Source: an archaeon (GTDB taxonomy: Archaea; Undinarchaeota; Undinarchaeia; Undinarchaeales; JBDRKL01). From it: a DNA stretch of 64,000 nucleotides. A model generated the notes under the pieces. The model saw nothing but the letters and a program-made list of their open reading frames with translations, searched no databases and had not been told where the DNA came from. Shown here in pieces: positions 32,833-41,396 of the stretch; position 1 is the first letter of the stretch; each line of letters starts with the position of its first letter. The DNA lies in the NCBI GenBank assembly GCA_043814055.1, contig JBDRKL010000012.1, positions 1-64,000 on the forward strand. The letters are read 5' to 3'. The position numbers and the translations under genes are program-made.

Positions 32833-33390
32833 TTATTCTAACACCAATTCGTATTTGTGCGGGTTGTGCATCTGCATTCCGTGGACAGCAGAGTATGAGA
32901 TTGAAGTCCCTATGCACACAGTCACTTCGCCGCTAAGGTCTTTTGGTACATCATTAAAGAGCAGATAGCCGGTTCTCGTCTCGTTTGGCTCAACATCTAA
33001 GCCGTCAAAGTTCCAGCCGGTTATCTCGTATTTGTCCGGGATTTTCTGCACGTATGCGTTCTCTGAGTAGAAAGTGAGTGGAGCTGTTCCAACGTTCTTG
33101 ACCTCAATTGAGGCGCGGAACTCTGTAACTTCAGAGCCGGTTGAGTCAAGGTGCGTGAAATAGCCGATATCAATGAGCTTGGTCTCGAACATTCCGTAAT
33201 TGTGCTCCTTGTTTATCCAGGCGTAGTTGTATTCCTCTTCAAATTCAGGCTCAGGTTCTGACTCATCTGCTGGCGCAGAAACCTCTACTGGAGATGGCTC
33301 TGCCGCTGGTTCCTCCATTGGGAATTGGATACAGCCTGATGCTGACACTACAAGGATTAAAATAAGTGCAAAGAGAGCGAGTTTTCTCAT
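32833..33390 (-). CDS. putative lipoprotein with Ig-like (DUF4352-like) domain
   Basis: MRKLALF...ASGC lipobox, Pro/Glu linker, V.N.G and EPNETRTGYLLF. Confidence 0.7.
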   Translation of the reverse strand: MRKLALFALILILVVSASGCIQFPMEEPAAEPSPVEVSAPADESEPEPEFEEEYNYAWINKEHNYGMFETKLIDIGYFTHLDSTGSEVTEFRASIEVKNVGTAPLTFYSENAYVQKIPDKYEITGWNFDGLDVEPNETRTGYLLFNDVPKDLSGEVTVCIGTSISYSAVHGMQMHNPHKYELVLE

Positions 33391-33453
33391 AGCTGGAGGT
33401 AGGGAAGGATAATATTTAAAGTTGTTTGTATAATCAAATGGAGAGGTGAAAGA

Positions 33454-34146
33454 ATGGAATTGAAACAAGCTCCAGCGATAATACCAGCACTGGATTTGCC
33501 GATTGCAGAGGCAGGGGAATTGGTCGCGAAGCTGAAGGATGTTGAGGACAAGATTGCCGCTTACAAGATTAGCTCGCTTCACGCGTTTGAGTGCGGGCTG
33601 AAGGTTGCGGTTGATGAGCTCAGAAAGCACACTGAGCTGCCGATAATTTATGACCACCAGAAGGGCTGTACTGATATCCCTGCGATTACTGAAAAGCAGG
33701 TCAGGCTTGCCAAGAAACTGGGAGTTGATGCTTTCATCGCGGTTCCGCTTGGTGCAGGAGGGGGGACGCTTAGCGCTTTTGTTAATACTGCGAAAGAAGT
33801 TGAGGTTCTGCCGATTGTTTTGCTTGAAATGACCCACTCAGGGGCAAATGACTTTTTGAAAGATGACACGCCGAAATTGGTTTTTGAAAAAGCAAGCGCG
33901 CTCGGAGTGAAATATTATGTTGCTCCGGGAAATAAGCCGGACAAACTAAAGGAGTACAAGGCAATGATTGGCGATGCTTTAATAATGAGCCCGGGAATTG
34001 GAGTTCAAGGCGGCGGAGCTGAGGAAGCAGTAGCTGCGGGGACTGATTACCCGATTGTCGGCGGGGCGATTTACAAGGCAGATGATCCTGTTGCTGCGGT
34101 TAATGAGTTGTATGAGCAGGCGAAAAGGGGGTATGAAACAAGATGA
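33454..34146 (+). CDS. pyrF: orotidine-5'-phosphate decarboxylase
   Basis: IIPALD, YK, D..K...DIP, SPGIGVQGG, IVG; overlaps pyrE. Confidence 0.88.
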   Translation: MELKQAPAIIPALDLPIAEAGELVAKLKDVEDKIAAYKISSLHAFECGLKVAVDELRKHTELPIIYDHQKGCTDIPAITEKQVRLAKKLGVDAFIAVPLGAGGGTLSAFVNTAKEVEVLPIVLLEMTHSGANDFLKDDTPKLVFEKASALGVKYYVAPGNKPDKLKEYKAMIGDALIMSPGIGVQGGGAEEAVAAGTDYPIVGGAIYKADDPVAAVNELYEQAKRGYETR

Positions 34147-34781
34147 CAAAAAAAGAAATTGCTGAGATTCTGCTGAAGATAAAAGCTGTAACGCTGAACG
34201 TGAAGGAGCCGTACACTTACGCGTCCGGAATAAGAAGCCCGATTTACACTGACAACAGGCTGCTGATGTCGCACGTTCCTGAGCGCAGGAGGATTGTTGA
34301 AATAATGCAGGAGGCTCTTAAGGAAAAGGGAATTGACTTTGACGTGATTGCAGGCACAGCGACCGCGGGGATACCGCACGCTGCGTGGCTCTCTGAGCTT
34401 GAAAATTCCCCTATGATTTATGTGCGCGGGAAGCAGAAGGAGCACGGCAAGCAGAACAAGGTTGAGGGCAATCTTGAGACCGGGCAGACCGTGATTGTGG
34501 TTGAGGATTTGATAAGCACAGGCGGGAGCTCAATTGAAACTGTTGAGGCAATCCGAAGCGCAGGCGGGATTGTTGAGAATGTTCTTGTGATTTTCACCTA
34601 TGACATGAAGAAAGCAAAGGACGCGTTTGAGAAGGCGAAGTGCAATGTGATTGCTCTTTGTGATTTTGGCTCAATGATTGAAGAGGCAGCTGAGCGAAAA
34701 TACATTACAGAAAAAGAGGCTGAGATTGCGAAAGAGTGGAATAAGGATCCTGAGAATTGGGGTAAGAAGTATGGGTTTTGA
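34143..34781 (+). CDS. pyrE: orotate phosphoribosyltransferase
   Basis: ASGIRSPIY.DNR, K.HG, VVEDLISTGGS. Confidence 0.95.
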   Translation: MTKKEIAEILLKIKAVTLNVKEPYTYASGIRSPIYTDNRLLMSHVPERRRIVEIMQEALKEKGIDFDVIAGTATAGIPHAAWLSELENSPMIYVRGKQKEHGKQNKVEGNLETGQTVIVVEDLISTGGSSIETVEAIRSAGGIVENVLVIFTYDMKKAKDAFEKAKCNVIALCDFGSMIEEAAERKYITEKEAEIAKEWNKDPENWGKKYGF

Positions 34782-34857
34782 ATAAGAAAAGGTTTAAATT
34801 ATATAGTAATTACCAATATAGCTCCCTTAGTGGGCAAATAGCAAAGTAGTTTGACTT

Positions 34858-34902
34858 GCTTGGCAGTCCCGCAGCATCACAAACTTAACGCGGGACAATT
34901 TG
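34858..34902 (+). repeat. family-B repeat, left copy flanking tRNA-Asn
   Basis: 45 bp, one mismatch to 35086-35130. Confidence 0.9.
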
Positions 34903-34922
34903 TCAACTGAATTTGCAGTTGT

Positions 34923-35047
34923 GCCTCTGTAGCTCAGCGGTAGAGCGTCTGGCTGTTATCACAAAGCGCGCTTTGTGAATCATCACGAAGCGCAGCGAAG
35001 TGATGGGTACCAGAAGGTCGCAGGTTCAAATCCTGCCGGAGGCGCCA
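34923..35047 (+). tRNA. tRNA-Asn(GTT) with 50-nt intron at 37/38 (34959-35008); CCA encoded
   Basis: TCTGG-CT GTT A|intron|A-CCAGA; BHB central helix CUGU/AUGG and outer CAC/GUG. Confidence 0.93.
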
Positions 35048-35085
35048 ATCTTATTTTCATTTATTTAACCAAAGGCAAACAAATA

Positions 35086-35130
35086 GCTTGGCAGTCCCGC
35101 AGCATAACAAACTTAACGCGGGACAATTTG
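35086..35130 (+). repeat. family-B repeat, right copy flanking tRNA-Asn
   Basis: GCTTGGCAGTCCCGCAGCATAACAAACTTAACGCGGGACAATTTG. Confidence 0.9.
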
Positions 35131-35246
35131 CCGGCGTAATTTGACGCCGATTTATGCAAAAACCTGAATAATTTGAATAGAAAGGAAAAATCCAGAAAGA
35201 TTTAAAAACTCAACCGCCATATGAGGCAATCTAAATAGGCTAAGCA

Positions 35247-36527
35247 ATGACATCCAATCCTTTTGAAAACGCGCTAAAACAGCTTGAGAAAGCTAACTCC
35301 ATCGAGCCCATAGACCCGGGCATATACGAGATTCTGAAGACACCGCAGAGGATTTATGAAGTTTCCGTTCCAGTCCAGAAGGACGACGGGAGCATAGAAA
35401 ACTGCAAGGGCTACCGCGTCCAGTACAACGACGCGCGCGGACCCACGAAAGGTGGCATAAGGTTCCACCCGAACGTGACGCTTGACGAGGTCAAGGCGCT
35501 CTCGGCGTGGATGACCTGGAAGTGCGCGGTTGTTAATGTTCCATTCGGCGGAGCCAAGGGCGGGGTAACCTGTAATCCCAAGGGAATGAGTGAGACTGAG
35601 CTTGAGAGCCTGAGCAGGGGATTTATGCGCGAGATTGCCGGGTTCATAGGCCCGGACACGGACATTCCAGCTCCTGATGTTTACACCAATCCGAAGATAA
35701 TGAACTGGATGAGAGATGAATACTCAAAGATAGTCGGCAAGGACACGCCGGCTATTATCACTGGAAAGCCAATTGAGCAGGGAGGTTCTGAAGGCAGGGG
35801 TGCAGCAACCGCGAAGGGCGGTGTTTTTGTCCTGACCGAGGCGTGCAAGCACGTTTCAAACTGCCCGCCTGAGGTTGTTGCGAAGTGCAAGCAGAGCGGA
35901 AAGTGCCAGACCCATGCCAAGGTTGTTGTGCAGGGCTACGGGAACGCAGGAGCTCACGTGGCTGAGATTCTTGACAAGCTCGGCTACAAGGTGATTTCAG
36001 TCAGTGACTCGCACGGCGGCATAGTCAATGAAGATGGCTTGGACCTGAAAAAAGTAGATGAGCACAAGAAGGAAACCGGCTCAGTTATTGGTTTGGAAGG
36101 TGCAAAAGATATTTCTGACGAGGAACAGCTTGAGCTGGACTGCCACATACTCGTTCCTGCCGCGCTGGAGAACCAGATTACGGAAGAGAACGCGGACAAG
36201 ATAAAAGCGAACATAATTCTTGAGCTCGCGAACGGGCCGACAACTCCTGAGGCGGACAAGATACTCTGGGAAAAGAAGAAATTTTTGATACCGGATATTC
36301 TCGGAAATGCGGGCGGCGTGACTGTGAGCTATTACGAGTGGTTGCAGAACAAGAGCGGAGAGCACTGGACCGAGGAGGATGTTTTCGCAAAGCTCAAGAT
36401 AGTTATGGAGAAGGCATTCCACGACGTGTGGGCTGTTTCAAAAGAGTATGATATTGATATGAGAACTGCGGCATTCGTGCTCGCGGTTAGAAGAGTTTCT
36501 GAGGCTGAAAAAGCTAGGCAGAAGTAG
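35247..36527 (+). CDS. gdhA: glutamate dehydrogenase
   Basis: RGPTKGGIRFHP, MTWKCA, GGAKGG, DIPAPD, QGYGNAG, ELANGP. Confidence 0.95.
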   Translation: MTSNPFENALKQLEKANSIEPIDPGIYEILKTPQRIYEVSVPVQKDDGSIENCKGYRVQYNDARGPTKGGIRFHPNVTLDEVKALSAWMTWKCAVVNVPFGGAKGGVTCNPKGMSETELESLSRGFMREIAGFIGPDTDIPAPDVYTNPKIMNWMRDEYSKIVGKDTPAIITGKPIEQGGSEGRGAATAKGGVFVLTEACKHVSNCPPEVVAKCKQSGKCQTHAKVVVQGYGNAGAHVAEILDKLGYKVISVSDSHGGIVNEDGLDLKKVDEHKKETGSVIGLEGAKDISDEEQLELDCHILVPAALENQITEENADKIKANIILELANGPTTPEADKILWEKKKFLIPDILGNAGGVTVSYYEWLQNKSGEHWTEEDVFAKLKIVMEKAFHDVWAVSKEYDIDMRTAAFVLAVRRVSEAEKARQK

Positions 36528-37472
36528 TTACCAATCAACAGCCCGAGTTTTCATTCCTGTTTTCTGCTCCAAGTATTTCACAGCGTGCAGGGCTGCTTTT
36601 GTTCCGTTGCCCACCGCAGTTGTGATTTGTTTTGTCCCGCCAATCACGTCACCGGCTGCGTAGAGCCCTGGTATGCTTGTTGCGCCTTCCCTGGAAACTT
36701 TCACGTGACCTTCCTCGTCCAGCTTCGCGCCAATCTTGCCGGCCATTTCAGAGGCTGGGTTTACTCCAATGTTTATGAAAACTCCGTCTGTTTCTATGAT
36801 TTTTTCCTCGTTTGTTTTTGTGTTGTGGACTTTGAGCCCGGTAACTAGCTTGCCGCCGAGCACTTCCAGCGCGGCGGTGTTAATTATGAGCTCCACATTG
36901 CTTTGCTTTAGGTTTTTAAGCGTTGCCGCGTCAGCGCGGAACTCCTCCCGCCTGTGGATGAGATAAACTTTCTTCGCGATTTTGCTTAGCAGGAGAGCTG
37001 AGTCAACAGCTGTGTTCCCGCCTCCGATTACAGCGACTGTTCTGCCTCTGAAAAATTGAGCGTCGCACGTGGTGCAGTAGCTGACCCCCTTGCCGCGGAA
37101 CTCTTCCTCACCAGGGATGCCGAGCTTGCGGTGCTCTGCGCCTGTTGCGAAAATCACAACCCAGGCCTTGTACTCAGCCTTGGCTGTCTTGAGTATGAAC
37201 TGCTCGTTGTCCATCTTGAGCTCGGTTACCGGCTCCATAAGGACCTTTGCGCCGGCCTTCTCTGCCTGTTCCTTCATTTTTTGAGATAAAGTTGTGCCAG
37301 CGATGCCTTCAGGATAACCAGGATAGTTCTCTATGAACGGGGTCTGCGCCATCTGCCCTCCTGGTATCTTTGACTCAAATAGGATGGTCTTCACTTCCTG
37401 GCGGGCTGCATAGATTCCAGCGGTCATTCCAGCTGGTCCGCAGCCAACGATTAGTATGTCGTATTTGTCCAT
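36528..37472 (-). CDS. trxB: thioredoxin-disulfide reductase
   Basis: GCGPAG, GVSYCTTCD, GGGNTA, HRR, AAGD. Confidence 0.93.
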   Translation of the reverse strand: MDKYDILIVGCGPAGMTAGIYAARQEVKTILFESKIPGGQMAQTPFIENYPGYPEGIAGTTLSQKMKEQAEKAGAKVLMEPVTELKMDNEQFILKTAKAEYKAWVVIFATGAEHRKLGIPGEEEFRGKGVSYCTTCDAQFFRGRTVAVIGGGNTAVDSALLLSKIAKKVYLIHRREEFRADAATLKNLKQSNVELIINTAALEVLGGKLVTGLKVHNTKTNEEKIIETDGVFINIGVNPASEMAGKIGAKLDEEGHVKVSREGATSIPGLYAAGDVIGGTKQITTAVGNGTKAALHAVKYLEQKTGMKTRAVDW

Positions 37473-37650
37473 AGCTCAAGAATGGGACGCGGTTTTAATA
37501 TAGTTTGCGCAAGAAAAACCTTAAATACGGGGAACAACACTGATAGTCTTACAAATGAAACTAAGTGAGTGTCTTCACAGCTAGAGAAATGATTTCACTT
37601 AGTTTGGATTCTGGAAAATTTTTAAAGAGCTTTAGCTGTAAAATTAAAGC

Positions 37651-37805
37651 AAAAAATGGCCCGGGTAGTTCATTGGCAACCTTTTTCTTTTCACAAAAGA
37701 AAAAGCTCGAACGCGCACAGCGCGTTGAGCAACTCGCTGTCGCGAGTTTGTTTGACCAAAAAGAAAACTTCGGACCGATTTGCGAAAAAAATGGCCCGGG
37801 TAGTT
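37651..37805 (+). repeat. 20-bp direct duplication of the tRNA-His 5' end enclosing a family-A unit
   Basis: AAAAAATGGCCCGGGTAGTT at 37651-37670 and 37786-37805; CAACCTTTTT...TTTGACCAAAAAG between them. Confidence 0.87.
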
Positions 37806-37868
37806 TAGTGGTTAGAATTGGAGACTGTGGATCTTCAGACGCGAGTTCAATTCCCGCCCTGGGCCCCA
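37793..37868 (+). tRNA. tRNA-His(GTG), G-1 and CCA encoded
   Basis: GGAGA-CT GTG GA-TCTTC; G-1 opposite C73. Confidence 0.93.
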
Positions 37869-37870
37869 TT

Positions 37871-37950
37871 CAACCTTTTTTCCCTTGCGATTGGGGGAAA
37901 AAGCTTGACCAAAAATCAGGGGCGTTCGCTCGCTACGCTTGCGAAGCCCC
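37871..37950. repeat. family-A repeat at the 3' end of tRNA-His
   Basis: CAACCTTTTTT...AAAAAGCTTGACCAAAAA followed by a GC hairpin containing GCGAAGC. Confidence 0.8.
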
Positions 37951-37973
37951 ACTTCTTTTTACAGGTGATTTAG

Positions 37974-39263
37974 ATGGATAAATTTGAAGCCACCCGCGGA
38001 ATGAGGGATTTCCTTCCAGAGGAGATGGAGAAGAGAAGGTATGTTATTGATATTATTAGGACGACCTTCAAGACCTATGGCTTTGGCGAGATTTGGACTC
38101 CTGCGCTTGAGAGCCTTGGGCTGCTAAGCGCAAAGAGTGGAGGCGGGGACGAGATTGCAAAGACAATATTCACGCTCAAGGACCAAGGAGGAAGGATGCT
38201 CGGGCTCAAGTTTGACCAGACTGTTCCAACCTCAAGGGTTATCGCGAACAACCCGCAGCTTACAAAGCCATTCAAGCGATTCATAATCAGCCCGGTTTGG
38301 AGGTATGAGAGACCGCAAGCAGGGCGATATAGGGAATTCTGGCAGGCGGATGTGGATATTTTCGGCTCGAAAAACCCAGAGGCAGATGTTGAGACTGTTG
38401 CGTGCACAGCCGCTGTTCTTACTGCGCTTGAGTTTGAGGAGTATGAGATAATCATAAACAACAGAAAACTGCTCAAGGGGCTTGCGATGCAGTTCGGATT
38501 CAAGGAGAACCAGGTTGTGGACCTGCAGAGGTGCATTGACAAGCTGGACAAGAACAGCGAGGGTGAAGTTGTGCGCGAAGCAGCTGAGAAAGGGCTTGAC
38601 GAGGACTTGGTAAGGGACTTTATAGCCACGATAAGCATGGAAGGGAAGCCGGAGGATGTTTTGAAAAAGATAAAGCCAAGTTTGAAAGATACACTTGCGC
38701 TGGAAGGGCTTGGCGAACTAGAGGAGTTTATTTCACTTTCAAAGCCGTATGGCATTTATGAGAAGCTCAAGCTGAACTTGAGCATGGTAAGAGGCTTGGA
38801 TTATTACACCGGCACGATTTTTGAGTTCAAGGCAACTGACGCCAAGATTGGCTCGTTTATGGGCGGCGGAAGGTTTGACAAGCTTGTTTCAGCTGCAGGC
38901 GGAGAAGCGATTGCAGCCACCGGGCTTTCAATAGGCGTGGACAGGCTTGTTGAAATTTTGAGAACTAAAGAGAAACTCAAGGCAAGCGGCGGGTGCAGGG
39001 TTCTTGTAGGCTATTTCCCTAACTGCAGGGAGAAAGCAATTGAGATTGCGCAGGGATTGAGGAAGGCTGGGGTTGAAACTGATTTTGACACAAAGCGCAG
39101 GAGCGTTTCAAAAGTTCTGGACTATGCGAACGCGAAGAAGATTCCTTACGTGGTTCTTGTTGGAGAGAAAGAGCTGAAGGAGAACAAGGTTGCGCTTAAG
39201 AATATGGAAACAGGAGAGCAGAAGTTGGTTAAGGAGAGCGAGCTGTTAAAAAGTTTAAAGTAG
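37974..39263 (+). CDS. hisS: histidine--tRNA ligase
   Basis: RGMRDF, DQTVP, RYERPQAGRYREF.Q, RGLDYYTG, GGGRFD; C-terminal anticodon-binding domain. Confidence 0.96.
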   Translation: MDKFEATRGMRDFLPEEMEKRRYVIDIIRTTFKTYGFGEIWTPALESLGLLSAKSGGGDEIAKTIFTLKDQGGRMLGLKFDQTVPTSRVIANNPQLTKPFKRFIISPVWRYERPQAGRYREFWQADVDIFGSKNPEADVETVACTAAVLTALEFEEYEIIINNRKLLKGLAMQFGFKENQVVDLQRCIDKLDKNSEGEVVREAAEKGLDEDLVRDFIATISMEGKPEDVLKKIKPSLKDTLALEGLGELEEFISLSKPYGIYEKLKLNLSMVRGLDYYTGTIFEFKATDAKIGSFMGGGRFDKLVSAAGGEAIAATGLSIGVDRLVEILRTKEKLKASGGCRVLVGYFPNCREKAIEIAQGLRKAGVETDFDTKRRSVSKVLDYANAKKIPYVVLVGEKELKENKVALKNMETGEQKLVKESELLKSLK

Positions 39264-39293
39264 TGGGAAAAACATAGGTAATGATTATGGCAA

Positions 39294-39482
39294 GTGAGTA
39301 TCTTCACATGGATATGCAAACTGGACACGAAGTCCCGTCTAGTTATACCTTTTAAGGCGCGGAAAGAGCTTGAGATTTCTGATTCTGTTCTTTTGAAACT
39401 TACAGAAGACGGACTAGTTGTTACAAAATCTAATGGAGAAGAGGGAAGGCCAATTTCTAAGATGTGTAGGAGAGTAGAATGA
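39294..39482 (+). CDS. AbrB/MazE-family DNA-binding protein
   Basis: KLD.K.RLVIP..AR..L.I pattern. Confidence 0.7.
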   Translation: MSIFTWICKLDTKSRLVIPFKARKELEISDSVLLKLTEDGLVVTKSNGEEGRPISKMCRRVE

Positions 39483-40103
39483 AAAATTCAGCAGAGTGTC
39501 TTCATTTTAGGAATACCAAATAAGGGGCGTTTGAAAGAGCCAGCAGTAGAACTTTTAAAAAAGGCAGGTTTGATTCTTGGCGAGAATGGGAGGTGCCTGA
39601 GCAACAAGGTAGAGGGGGAGAATATTGTTGTGCAGTCTTTCAGGGCAAAGGACATTCCGCTCTATATTGCAGAGGGCGCTGTGGATGTGGGAATTACAGG
39701 ATATGACATTTGGAAAGAGTCCAGATTAGAGCTGAAAGAATTGCTTGACCTGAAATTCGGTTACTGCGACTTGATTTTGGCAGGGGTGGCTGGGAAAAAA
39801 ATAAAGAGAGGGGTGAGGGTTGGAACTTCATTTCCCATGCTTACTGCAAATTACTTCGCAAGGCAGGGAATCGCAGCGAGGATTATTGAAGTTTCAGGCG
39901 CAGTTGAGATTCTTCCAAAGTTAGGAATTGCCGATTTTGTAGTTGACTTGACCAGCACGGGCGCCACCTTGAGGGAGAACGGGCTGGTTGTGCTTGACAA
40001 AATTTTGAGCTCTTCAGCAAGATTGCTGTGCAGGCGGATGAAAGAAAAAAACGTAAAATTTGCTGAGCGACTCAGGGAGGTTATTGAAAATGAAAATTTA
40101 TGA
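39479..40103 (+). CDS. hisG: ATP phosphoribosyltransferase, short form (start ATG out of frame by 1 nt)
   Basis: GIPNKGRL, RAKDIP, GITGYD, GAVE, DLTSTGATL..NGL. ATG 39479 has an SD but the reading frame begins at 39483. Confidence 0.85.
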
Positions 40104-41367
40104 GATGGGGGAAGTCCCGAAAACAATAATGATGCGAGCTAAGACTGACGTTGACTCTGTTAAAGAAAGTGTAGGAGAAACAATAAAAAATATCAGAAAA
40201 AATGGGGATACAGCGCTTCGCAAGTATACTGAGAAGTTTGACAGGGTTTTGATAGAGGATTTCAAAACCAGTGAGGACGAGATTAGGGAAGCATATGAGG
40301 AGATAGATCCGCTTGTTCTTGAAAAAATCAAAGAGCAAATTGAGTATTCAAAAAAGTTCGCGAGCGCAGACAAGAAGAATTTAAAAGAGGAGTGGAGCGT
40401 TCAGCTTGGGGAAGGAATTGAAGGTGGTTTGAAACTTACTCCGATTGAAAGTGTTGGGCTCTACGTGCCAGGCGGGAAAAACCCGTTCCCGACTGTGATG
40501 CAGATTCTTGCGATTCCTGCAAAGATTGCTGGGGTGGAGAAGATTGTTGCGTGCACTCCACCACAGAAAGACGGAAAAATACTAGCAGAGGTTTTGGTTG
40601 CTGCAGATTTGTGCGGCGTGGATGAGGTTTACAAGATGGGCGGGGCGCAGGCAGTTGCTGCTTTTGCTTACGGGACTGAGAGCGTGCCAAAGGTTTTGAA
40701 AGTTGTGGGGCCGGGGAATCCATATGTTACTGCTGCAAAGCTGCTGTGCTTTGGGGAAATTGGGATTGACATGCCAGCAGGACCGAGCGAAGCATTGATT
40801 ATTGCAGATGAAGGCGCAACTCCAAGTTGGCTTGCAGCAGATATCCTTGCAAGGGCAGAGCACGGACCGGATTCTGCCGCTGTGCTTGTAACCTGGAAAA
40901 GGGAAATTGCTGAGAAAACCTTGGAGGAAGTTGGAAGGCAGAAGAAAGAGCGTTCAAGGCAGGAGTATATTGAAACTGCGCTAGAAAAATACTGCGCGGT
41001 TGTTCTTGTCAAGGATTTAAGAGAAGCTGTTGATTTTGCAAACGAATATGCTCCGGAGCACTTGGAGCTACAGGTGGAGAGCCCAAGAGAGATTCTGCCC
41101 TTGATAAATAATGCAGGGTCAGTGTTTCTCGGTTATTACAATCCAGTGGCTGTTGGCGACTACGCAAGCGGCGTGAACCACATATTGCCAACCGGTCAGT
41201 GGGCCAAGATGTTCTCGCCTGTAAGCGTTGAGACATTTATGAAGCGCGTGCAGTTTTCGTATGTGAACAAAACCGGGCTTGAGAAGCTGAAAGGAATTGT
41301 TGACACGATTGCTGATATTGAAGGTTTGGACGCGCACAGGGAGAGCGTAGATATTAGGCTCCGCTGA
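40090..41367 (+). CDS. hisD: histidinol dehydrogenase
   Basis: GLYVPGG, GGAQA, GPGN.YV, IDMPAGPSE, AEH, APEHL, GDY.SG.NH.LPT. Confidence 0.95.
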   Translation: MKIYEMGEVPKTIMMRAKTDVDSVKESVGETIKNIRKNGDTALRKYTEKFDRVLIEDFKTSEDEIREAYEEIDPLVLEKIKEQIEYSKKFASADKKNLKEEWSVQLGEGIEGGLKLTPIESVGLYVPGGKNPFPTVMQILAIPAKIAGVEKIVACTPPQKDGKILAEVLVAADLCGVDEVYKMGGAQAVAAFAYGTESVPKVLKVVGPGNPYVTAAKLLCFGEIGIDMPAGPSEALIIADEGATPSWLAADILARAEHGPDSAAVLVTWKREIAEKTLEEVGRQKKERSRQEYIETALEKYCAVVLVKDLREAVDFANEYAPEHLELQVESPREILPLINNAGSVFLGYYNPVAVGDYASGVNHILPTGQWAKMFSPVSVETFMKRVQFSYVNKTGLEKLKGIVDTIADIEGLDAHRESVDIRLR

Positions 41368-41396
41368 GAACAGCGGGGTTCGATTGGAGGTGAAAA

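Noticed and set aside
33391-33837. N-terminal extension of the 334-aa ORF
   Set aside because: It is antisense to pyrF; the signal peptide and lipobox begin at 33390.
39294-40103. AbrB-HisG fusion by TGA recoding or an alternative genetic code
   Set aside because: TGA terminates many other genes here normally, and an SD-ATG sits at 39479, so a 1-nt indel is simpler.
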